Positions 45,731 through 56,451 of a stretch of 64,000 nucleotides of DNA are shown here, piece after piece. Both the position numbers and the translations under genes were made by a program. Position 1 is the first letter of the stretch. Every line of letters starts with the position of its first letter. The notes below the pieces were generated by a model. That model worked only from the letters and a program-made list of their open reading frames with translations. It ran no database searches and was not told where the DNA came from. The stretch comes from Selaginella moellendorffii (lineage: Eukaryota; Plantae; Lycopodiophyta): positions 67,332-131,331 of the forward strand of contig NW_003314416.1 of NCBI RefSeq assembly GCF_000143415.4, written 5' to 3'.

Positions 45731-48700
45731 ATGGCGGAGAAGCTGCTCGACTTTGGGCAGCCATTTGATGTGCCGGTTCTCGACGCCACCGTCGCTGCCT
45801 TTTACGGGACGGGCTCCAAGGATGAGGTGAGTTTTAGCTCCCATTCGGCATTGCATTCGTCGGTTTTTCCCCTTTCTTGAGCTCCAATTGCATTCGCCAC
45901 CACTCTGGGATCCATGGATTGAGCGCGGATCTTTCTTTGTGTTCTTTCAGAGAGCAGCCGCGGAGAAAATCCTCACCCAGCTGCGGGACCATCCCGAGAC
46001 GTGGAGGAGGGTTGTGGACATCCTCCAGACCTCCCAGAACCTCAACTCCAAGTTCTTTGCCCTCCAGGTAATGGATGGATCATTCGTGGCTTCTCACCGC
46101 CTCTCATCGACACTTCAGGTGCTCGAGTGCGTGATCAAGTACCGCTGGAACATCTTGCCTGTAGAACAGCGAGACGGGATCAAAAACTACGTCTCGGACC
46201 TCATCGTCAAGGTTTGCCTTGGCTTTGCCATGTTCGTGATCAAAAACTCTCTTTGTTTGGGTTGAGTGCAGCTGTCCAGTGATCCGGTGTCGTTCCGAGA
46301 TCAACGCTTATACATCAACAAGCTAAATGTGGTGCTTGTTCAGGTCTGTGCCTGGCTTCTATTCTGCTCACAGGCTGATCACTGCCCTCTTGTGACCGTG
46401 GCAAACAGGTTTTAAAACACGAGTGGCCAGTTAGGTGGCCGAGATTCATTCCCGACCTCGTCGTGGCGGCTAGAAGTAGCGAAACTCTTTGTGAGAACTG
46501 CATGCTCATTTTGAAGGTTGGTTGTTCACTTTCCTTATGCTGCGTCTTTGACCCGTTCTGTAAAGCTGCTAAGCGAGGAGGTTTTCGATTTTTCTCAAGG
46601 CGAAATGACCCAAAGCAAAATCAAAGAGCTAAAGCAGTCATTGAACAGGTACAGAGCTTTGCACTTAGCGCTTCTCATCGTCCTCAATCTTTCTGTGCAG
46701 CGAGTTCCAACTCATTCACGAGCTTTGTCTCTACGTGTTATCGGCATCACAAAAGGCTGATCTTATACGCGCGACGTTGGCTACCCTGCACGCTTTTTTG
46801 TCATGGATACCTCTTGGCTACATATTCGAATCTCCCCTGGTATTATAACCTTGTGGCTGCTCGCTATGCAGTTATACTTATGTTTCTGTTTCAGCTCGAC
46901 GCACTGCTGAAGATCTTCCCCATTGCGACTTTTCGGAACCTTGCTCTGCAATGCCTGACAGAGGTACGTGCATCTTTCCATCAAAACTTTCTCTAACACG
47001 TGATATGCCTTCCACAGATCGGTACCTTGCAATTCAACCAAATCTACGACAACAACTTTGTGCGCCTGTACCAAATCTTCATAACGCAGCTTCAGGTATC
47101 GTATCACCATATACACACACTTAACCACCTGTTTTGCTCGGGTAGGCAATCCTTCCACCGGGAACAAATATTCCTGAAGCGTATGAGAAGGGTGCGAACG
47201 AGGATCAGGTACTTGCCCACTTACATCTACTTTGCGTCCGTATAATTTTCTCTGCACGTTTTGTAGGCGTTCATTCAGAATCTTGCGATGTTCTTCACAT
47301 CGTTCTTCAAGGTAACTTTTTATCTGTTTGATGAACTTGTTTTTCTACTTTAAACGTTTTGAAACAGTCGCACATCGAGATTCTGGAAGGTTCGAATCAA
47401 GCACCACTGTTGCTGGGACTGGATTATCTCATCAACATATCTTACGTCGAAGACAACGAGGTTTTCAAGGTGTGCTTGGACTATTGGAATTACTGGATTG
47501 GCCACCTGTTCAAGGTTACAATGGACACGCTCTCTCAACCTGTTGGTTTGCAAGTTGATGGCATAGGCTCCAACAGAAAAGAGCTGTATGCTGTGCCACT
47601 CTCCAAATTGAGACTGCTGATGGTCAGCCGTATGGCCAAGCCGGAGGAGGTCTTGATTGTAGAAGACGAGAACGGGAACATTGTCCGAGAGACCATGAAG
47701 GACAACGACGTACTTGTTCAATATAAGGTAGTTTCTTTACTTTTTCAATTGCGATTGTTAATTTTCGATTGTCAGATAATGCGGGAGACTCTAATATATC
47801 TCTCCCACCTTGATCATGAAGACACAGAACAGCAGGTACAATATCGATGTCAATCTTTTGACAGGTTGCTAACCTTACTCCGCTTTTCTCTGCGCAGATG
47901 CTGAAAAAGCTATCCAAACAGCTTAACGGGGACGAGTGGACATGGAATAACTTGAATACTCTCTGTTGGGCCATAGGGTCGATATCTGGTTCCATGCAAG
48001 AGGACCAGGTTCTTTTCTTTCTCCTTTTTTCTTTTGTCGACTTTATATTGAGAAAGTAACTCTTTTCCTGCAGGAGAATAGGTTTCTGGTTACTGTTATT
48101 AGGGACCTTTTAAACCTCTGTGAAATAACGAAAGGAAAGGACAACAAAGCCGTTATTGCAAGTAATATAATGTATGATGCCTCATCTACAGCCTACGAAA
48201 TTGCCCGGTCTAATGGTTGTATTTCAGGTATGTTGTGGGACAGTATCCCAGATTTCTGAGAGCCCATTGGAAGTTTTTAAAAACTGTTGTGAACAAACTG
48301 TTTGAGTTTATGCATGAGACCCATCCCGGCGTCCAGGTAAGGACGTCAATTTGCAGTGGTGATAGATTGCATTACTGTCATTTTCAGGACATGGCTTGCG
48401 ATACATTCTTGAAGATTGTCCAAAAATGCAGGAGGAAGTTTGTCATCCTGCAGGTAATGTATTTGTTTCGTCGCAAACATCTCTAGGATCTACGTGCGCT
48501 GCAGGTCGGAGAGACTGAGCCTTTCGTTTGCGAGCTCTTAAAGTTGCTTCCAAGTATTATTCTAGATCTTGAAAATCATCAGATCCATACTTTTTATGAA
48601 GCGGTATGTGATGGGGCTCATAACGTAGTTCACTGAGCGTTTCGTGGGCGCAGGTGGGATCTATGATTCAAGCCGAGTCAGATCCATACAGACGGGAAGA

Positions 48701-50548
48701 GTATCTACGGAGCTTAATGGAGCTGCCCAATCAGGTGGGCGGAGCTGTTTGCGTGTTTGCAGTTCCTGACTTTTGGCTTTACAGAAATGGGCGGAGATAA
48801 TCAACCAAGCGCGGCAGAGTGTGGATTTTTTGAAAACTCAGGACGTTGCGAGGGCCGTGCTTAACATTTTGCAGGTACTGTAACTGGAGTTGGTGCTTTA
48901 AATGTTTTGATTCGTGCTCTCCTGCAACAGACAAACACGAGTGCTGCAAACTCACTTGGACAGCCTTTTTTATCTCAAATAACTCTAATTTACCTTGATA
49001 TGCTCAACGTTTACAGGTAGAAGCTTTTCCATTTCTAACCAGTTTCTGATGTTTCTCTTGTTTTCAGAATGTATAGCGAACTTATTTCAAGCAGTATTGC
49101 TGGAGGCGGTCCATACGCATCTCGCACCTCTTACGTGAAGCTTTTGAGGTACGATGGAGATATCTTTGCCTTCTCCGGTCTTATGTTTCTAGCAGATCTG
49201 TGAAGCAGGAGACGTTGAAATTGATTGAGACGTTTATAGAGAAATGTGAAGACCTGGAAATGGTTGCAAAGCAGTTTGTTCCGGCAATGATGGATCCCAT
49301 ACTTGGTGACTATGCTAGGAACGTTGCCGATGCACGTGAATCGGAAGTGCTATCGTTGTTCGCTACGATCATTAACAAGTACGTTTTGCTTTTCGATTGC
49401 CTGCTTATTTTGTATGATCTTTGTCAACAGGCTTACCGGCTCTATGATCGAGGACGTCCCTCGGATATTTGAAGCAGTCTTTGCATGCACGCTAGAGGTA
49501 TCTTTGGTACCTTTTTCGTGCCATTCTAATTCCCTTGTGTTTTTCGTTCCAGATGATTACCAAGAATTTTGAAGATTATCCGGAACACCGACTGAAGTTT
49601 TTCTCTTTGCTTCGGGCTATAGCATCGCATTGTTTTCGGGCGCTTTTCTCTCTCTCGTCTCAGGTATCTCTTTTGCAGCTGTTGGTACGATTTTTTCTCA
49701 ATGCTGTCAATGTGTTCCCAGCAATTGAAGCTTGTGATGGATTCGATAATCTGGGCGTTTCGGCATACAGAACGAAATGTTGCCGAAACAGGACTGAACT
49801 TGTTGCTGGAAATGCTCTCCAACTTTCAGGTGCGTTTTACTTTACTCGGTTCTTTGCTGTAATGCCTCTTTTATACTTCAGGCGTCCGAATTTTGCAACC
49901 AGTTCCATCAAAGCTACTTCCTTACCATTGAACAGGAAATATTTGCTGTTCTGACCGACACGTTCCATAAACCCGGCTTCAAGCTTCATGTTCTCATTCT
50001 TCGGCATCTTTTCTGCCTGGTAAAAGTTTGTGTATGCAAGTTGGTTAAGCTTACTCTCGAGGGTGGGCACAGGTTGATTCCGGAGTGTTGACGCAACCTT
50101 TGTGGGACGTGAGCGTAGCTGGACCTACTGCTTACGCAAACAACATGCTTTTTGTTCGTGACTATACTATTAAACTCCTTCACTCCTCGTTTCCGAACAT
50201 GACGCTTTCAGAGGTACACATGTTTGCTGTTTCGGAGGTCCTTGTCGCCTCACATGCTTCTTGTTCAGGTGACGATGTTCGTGAACGGTCTTTTCGACAA
50301 CAGAAACGACCTGGTCGGGTTCAAGAACCATCTACGGGACTTTTTGATCCAGTCGAAGAAGTTTTCCGTCCAGGTACGTGACGACTTCGCTGTGTCATTT
50401 GATGTGACGAGGCCTTGCTGTGCAGGACAACAAGGACTTGTATGCGGACGAAGCAGCAGCACAGCGAGAAGCGGAGAGGCAAAGAATGCTTAGCGTCCCC
50501 GGGCTGATTGCTCCCAACGAGATCCACGACGACATGTTGGACACCTGA
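45731..50548 (+). CDS. XPO1: Exportin-1 (CRM1), many short exons
   Basis: [84 protein letters not shown]. Confidence 0.96.
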
Positions 50549-51152
50549 CCATTGATCGCTGACACACACACAAGACATTTCTACGCTGCAGCGGCACCTA
50601 CTGGTGATGCTTCTGTGGGCAGTGTGAGAGAGAGTGCATTGGTGCAGGTTCAGGAAGGAGTCCTGGTAAAATGCCCTGCCTGCTTAGCTTCTCAGCAAGG
50701 CACACTGCCGGAATGGTGGCTGAAGTGGGACGAGGCGAGGAGAGGAGCTTGGATTTTCGTAAACTACGTTTCCTTTAGGAACGGGGGACGGAGGGAGGGG
50801 GACATGAACAGCAACAACAGGTGAAGCTGGGCGTGCCACACGCCACAGCGAATGATCCTTTGGCTCTAGTGTGCTTTAGTGGTGGTGCTACTATACTACT
50901 TTTTACAAGATATGGCGAGAGAGAGCAACATTTTTTGTCCCCGTGTAAGTAAAAAAAGGCAAGCAAAAAAGTCCAGGCAAAGTGGCTTTCCTTTGTTTAG
51001 CTTTGATCTCTGAAAGGCTGCCTGCGCAAAAAAAAGGCAAAGAAATCATCCTCTCTTTTTATTTGCTTGTTCTGTTCTCTTCTCGTGGATCTTCCTTGGG
51101 CGATAAGAGTAGCCTCGTCGAAGTGTGAAAACTTGTGAAAACTTGTGAAGAC

Positions 51153-52754
51153 ATGAGGCCGGCATTGTTGTTGCTCTTGGCGCTGGTGGCGAGCATGGGT
51201 GAGTTTGAAGTAATCATTTTGTAACTATAGCTACGCGTTCATGCAGGTGATACGTTTGTCGCAGAGGGGAGCCAAATCCAACAAGCTCGCAGTGTCATCC
51301 CCGGCATTGGCGTCAACTTTGGGCAACTTGGCAACAATCTCCCGGCGGCACAGCACGTAGCGCAGCTGCTCCAGTCGACGGTGATTGCCAAGGTGCGCAT
51401 CTTCAACACGGAGGCGGCATTCCTGCACGCCATGGCCAACACCGGCATCGACGTGGCCGTGGGTGTGTGCAACGCCGACGTGCCCGCCCTCGCCGCCAAC
51501 GCATCCGCGGCGGCTGCCTGGGTGTCGGCCAACATCGCCCCCTTCGCCGCCACCGGCACGCGCATCACGCTCGTCACTGTCGGCAACGAGGTGTTCAGCG
51601 CCGACGACCAGCAGCTGGCGGCGGCCATCGTCCCCGCCATCCGCAACATCCACACCGCGCTCGCCGCCGCCAAGCTCGCCGACACCGTCCACGTGTCCAC
51701 CCCGCATTCCTTCGCCATCCTCGACAACTCCTTCCCGCCCTCGTCCGCCGCCTTCCGCGCGGACCTCGCGCCGCTCCTCGACCCGCTGCTCCGCTTCCTG
51801 GCCGACACGCGCGCGCCGCTGCTGGTCAACGCCTACCCGTACTTTGCGTTTGCCGGCAACCCGCACGACATTCCCCTGCCGTACGCGCTCTTCCAGCCCA
51901 ACGCCGGCGCACCCGACCCCAAGACCGGTCTCATCTACACCAACATGTACACCGCCCAGGTGGACGCGGCGGTGGCCGCCATGGAGCGCATGGGCCACTT
52001 TGGAATCCCGGTAGCCGTGACCGAGACGGGCTGGCCGTCGCAGGGAGGCTCGGACGAGGTCGGGGCCAGCGTGGACAATGCCCGGGCCTTTACAAGTGGA
52101 CTCGTCGCACACCTGGCGTCCAGCTCGGGCACGCCCCTCCGCCCGCGTCAACAGCTCGACACTTACATCTTTGCTCTCTTCAACGAGGACCTCAAGCCCG
52201 GCCCCGCGTCGGAGAGGAACTATGGCTTGTTTGCCACCGATGGCACGCCCATCTACGACGCCGGGTTACTGCTAACTAGTGGCACCCATGTTGGCGGTGG
52301 CACTGCCACTGCCACTACTGTAAGTAGCAGCTCCAACACCACGCGGATGCGTGGGTACAAGGATGGGCAGCAGGATCACAAGCTGAGCAGTGGCAATTCC
52401 TGGTGTGTTGCAAAGACCGATGTCGACTCGCGGGCACTGCTCACCGCACTCAACTACGCATGCGGGCAGGGCGAGGCGGATTGCAAGGAGATATCGTCGC
52501 CAGCCGGCTCGTGTTTCCAGCCCAACAGCCTCGTGTCGCATGCATCCTACGCCTTCAACATGTTCTACCACAAGTACGGCCGCAAGCCTTGGAACTGCGA
52601 CTTTGGGAACACGGCCACGCTCACCGCAACGGACCCGAGTGAGTACTACTGCATTCTCGTCTTTTTGTTTGCACTCTCACTAGTTGCTACACTTCTTGAA
52701 TCCAATCCAGGCTACGGATCGTGCAGCTACCCTGCAGCAGCAGGAGATCCTTAA
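51153..52754 (+). CDS. Glucan endo-1,3-beta-glucosidase (GH17) with X8/CBM43 domain
   Basis: Signal peptide, IGVNFG, VGNEV, VTETGWPS, FALFNEDLKPGP.SERNYGLF, WCVAK..ACG..DC. Confidence 0.93.
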
Positions 52755-52903
52755 TCTCTTTCAAGTTTCCGTTTTCTCTTACACTGGATTACATGACCGT
52801 TGGTCTGGTCGGGTATCAAATATTTGAAGGATTTCCGTCTTTTCTGCTAGAATACCCTGTGTCATCCTCCCTTCTTCTTTTTAGTGGACTTTGTCGCACT
52901 GCT

Positions 52904-53485
52904 ATGGCGAGCAAGACCAGTTTGCTGCGTGCCATCCTCGTGGGCTACATAGCACTAGTGGTTGCAACAGCGCCAATCCTAGGTAAGAGTAGAAAAGGAG
53001 TTTTGTTTTTCTTTTCCTGTGTTGGGCATCCAGCAAGCTCAAGCCCAAAAGAGTGAAAAGAAGAATCTACAAAGATATCATGGTTCCAATGATCCAGGGG
53101 CGCTCGATCGCACGGAGAGCTCGAGACAAGACACGAAGACGGGGAGCCAGGTGTGGTGCGTGGCCAAGCCTCACGCCGACCAGGCGGTGCTGTCGAAGGG
53201 CCTCAACTTCGCGTGTGGCGAAGGGGGCGCCGACTGCGCTGCCATCCAGAACGGAGGAGCTTGCTACAACCCGCCCACACTCATCGCCCACGCCTCGTAC
53301 GCCTTCAACAGCTACTACCAGATCAAGGGCCGCAACTACTGGAACTGCTACTTCCAAAACGCGGCCCTGCTCGTCGTCACCGATCCAAGTACGTGCTACT
53401 TGTTCCTAGCGAACAACCATTCTTTTCTCACATACTCTACTTGATTCTTCCAGGCTATGGGTCTTGCACTTACCCAGCGCTCTAA
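52904..53485 (+). CDS. Secreted X8 (CBM43)-only protein
   Basis: Signal peptide exon; WCVAKP..FACG.G.ADC..C..P..HASYAFNSYYQ..C.F..DPS-YGSCTYP. Confidence 0.88.
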
Positions 53486-53586
53486 CAGGAATCAGGATGA
53501 ATGAATGTAGCTCTCCTAGTTTTTATATGCCCCAATGAATGGAAAACAAATTTACGACCAGGTCCAAGGATCGAGTCATGTAGGGC

Positions 53587-54620
53587 ATGCTTCGAGCTCC
53601 ACTCTTTGCTGCGACCAAGCGCGCCATGTCCACTTCCACAGCAACCAACGCATTCCACTCGCGTTTCCAGCAATACGCTCTCCAACTGGACGCTACTGTA
53701 AGTGGAAGAAGTGGTTTCTTTTCTTCGGCCAATACCATTGTGCTAACCTTTGTGCTTCCACAGAACGAGAGACGGGAGAGGCTCGTCAAGGCTAGCCGGG
53801 ATGTTACCATCCATAGTAAGAAGGTCATCTTCGTGATCCACAGGTAGAGCCCCTTGGGCGCTTCTTTTCTTTCTTTTGCCAAAACGCACACCACCCAGGC
53901 TCAACGATTCCAACCGCGATAAGATAGTGGAGCAAGCCGAGAAGGATCTGGCAGCGGTGCGCGACGCTCATGTCTCCCGCGTAGCAAGAGAGGTTGAGGG
54001 CGTTGACTACTGGAAGCTCAAGAGAGCATTCTCTCCAGGGGTACGTACTCGCTGCTGTGTGTGCTCGTGTTACGATTGATTGATCACAAACTCCTTGTTC
54101 CATCCAGATGCAGGAGTTTGTGGAAGCTGCGACGGTGGTGGAGTTTTGCAAGACTGGGAAGCTCTTGACGCTGCAACAGCTCAACAGCAGCCTTTGTGGC
54201 GTCAAGGATGCATCCGGTGTGTCCTTCTCGGTCGATATTGACGACTACTTGCTCGGGGTAAGCTCGGGTCGACTGTAACTCATCGTTTACATGCGTGCTT
54301 ATAGATTGCGGACTTGTCTGGCGAGCTGATGCGCCTGGCCGTGAGCAGCGCAGCCAGCGGGCAGGGCCTGGAGGCGTCGGCGAGGATCCGTGGCTTTGTG
54401 CAGGCACTGTACGAAGGCTTCTGCCTCTTGTTTTACAACGTCGACGGCGGGAGAGACATGACCAAGAAGGTGGAGGTGATGCTCCAGAGCCTCGTCAAGA
54501 TCGAGACAAGTAAGCTTTGCAAGGGATAGGTTGGTGCTGTCGCTCACGTGTTGCTTTGTAGCTTGCTACTCCATGCACGTGAGAGGGTCAGAGTATCCGG
54601 CAAGCATCGTCGACAGCTGA
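53587..54620 (+). CDS. Translin-associated protein X (TRAX); multi-exon
   Basis: RERLVKASRDVTIHSKKVIF, AFSPG-MQEFVEA, DYLLG-IADLSGELMR, SLVKIE, VRGSEY. Confidence 0.9.
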
Positions 54621-54731
54621 ACGTAACGTTACCTTGCTAGTTTTGCCCTAACTGTCAGCTTTTCAGGTTGGGAGGAAATGTAGCGAGTGTGAATATTTGC
54701 TTCGTTGTTGCTCCGTGCGTTCCTCCGCAGG

Positions 54732-55978
54732 ATGTTTGGGACTAGTTATCTGGGTTCCAAGCTGGCCCCCTACAAGTATCATGGCGTGCAGCAGCAGCAG
54801 CAGCAGCAGCAGCAGCGGGGGCCACTTCCACTTCTCTGCGCCCCGTCTTGCTGCTACCAGCAGCAGCTTGTCTTGCAACCTTCAACACCAACACAGCAGC
54901 AGCCAGTCTTTGTTCCAGGAGCAGCAGAGAAGCCAGGCTTTGTTGTTGATTTCCTCATGGGTGGGGTCTCGGCAGCTGTTTCCAAGACTGCAGCAGCCCC
55001 CATCGAGCGTGTCAAGCTTCTGATCCAGAACCAGGACGAGATGATCCGCATGGGACGGCTGTCTGAGCCTTACAAGGGCATTCTTGACTGCTTTGGTAGG
55101 ACCATGAGAGATGAAGGGGCTATGTCGCTGTGGAGAGGCAACCTGGCCAATGTTATCCGCTACTTCCCTACTCAGGTTACTTCCTGATATCTTGGTCTCC
55201 TATCAATTTGCTCATTGTCTGGGTGTACACGCAGGCGCTAAACTTCGCCTTCAAGGACCACTTCAAGAGGCTCTTCAACTTTAAGGCCGACCGGGACGGC
55301 TACTGGGTGTGGTTTGCTGGAAACCTGGCGTCGGGAGGCCTTGCCGGTGCCTCCTCGCTCTTCTTTGTCTACTCGCTGGATTATGCCCGGACCCGCCTGG
55401 CCAACGACGCCAAGGCTGCAAAGAAGGGTGGTGGCGGTGGCGGTGGCGGTGGCCGCCAGTTCAATGGCCTCCTGGACGTGTACAAGAAGACCCTGGCCAG
55501 CGATGGCATTGCCGGCCTTTACCGCGGCTTCAACATTTCGTGCGTGGGTATTGTTGTGTACCGGGGCCTCTATTTTGGAATGTACGACTCCCTCAAGCCG
55601 GTGTTGTTGGTTGGAGACCTCAAGGTGACTTTTTAGCTCGCTCCAGCAATCAATCGTGCTTTGTTCTTTGTGCAACAGGGCAACTTTGCTGCGAGTTTCT
55701 TCTTGGGCTGGAGCATCACCATTGCTGCTGGCCTTGCCTCGTACCCGATTGACACGGTGAGGCGGCGTATGATGATGAGGTCTGGCGAGGGTGCCAAGTA
55801 CAAGAGCTCAATGCACGCACTGAGGGAAATTATGGCCAAGGAAGGAGTCAAGTCCTTGTTTAAGGGTGCAGGCGCTAACATCTTGAGAGCCGTGGCTGGA
55901 GCTGGAGTGTTGTCTGGCTATGACCAATTGCAAATGATCTTCCTGGGAAAGAGTTATGGCTCTGGTGGGGGTGGCTGA
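54732..55978 (+). CDS. AAC: Mitochondrial ADP/ATP carrier, 3 exons
   Basis: [50 protein letters not shown] signature. Confidence 0.96.
54789..54815 (+). repeat. (CAG)9 microsatellite encoding poly-Gln in the AAC N-terminal extension
   Basis: Read directly from the sequence. Confidence 0.9.
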
Positions 55979-56080
55979 CAAGCTAACAAGCTGGATGCAG
56001 ATCTTGTTTTGTTCATGCTACTGCATTTAATGCTTTAAAGATCATAAAAGGTTTTCTAATCCATTGAAAGTATTACTGCT

Positions 56081-56261
56081 ACGGTGCGGTCATTTCAAAT
56101 AGTCGGGAAACCGGCCGTGATTGATCGAGCTGTGCAAAGTCTGGAATCAGAGGGCTACGAGTTTGTGGGGGAGTTGAAAGATCTCACATACAACGAAGTG
56201 ATCCAGCTAAGGGTGCCTGTCTTTGCTGCTAAGAAGCTTGAGCCGCACCTCAAAGTGCCAG
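56081..56261 (+). pseudogene. Orphan SAM-like header exon (ACG in place of ATG)
   Basis: AVQSLESEGYEFVGELKDLTYNEVIQLRVPVFAAKKL; ends CCAG|GTATGG, a phase-1 donor; duplicated at 63727-63907. Confidence 0.55.
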
Positions 56262-56451
56262 GTATGGCTTCTCTTGCTTCGCGTTTGTTTGTATGGCTAT
56301 GACTGTTGCGTTCTGTTCCTATGCCCCTCGTTTTCTCTTGCTTCTCTTGTTTATAATCAAGGACTTATTATAATTAATTATAGTTTAATATAACCCTAAA
56401 CCCTAAACCGTCCATACAAGAGGGTTTCAAGATAGGGTTTCAGCTAGCAAA

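Noticed and set aside
51231-52279. Long alternative-frame and antisense ORFs over the GH17 gene
   Set aside because: Same GC-bias artefact.
56081-56083. ACG start that might be repaired by C-to-U RNA editing
   Set aside because: Plant C-to-U editing is organellar and this is nuclear DNA; simple mutation or non-AUG initiation is more plausible.
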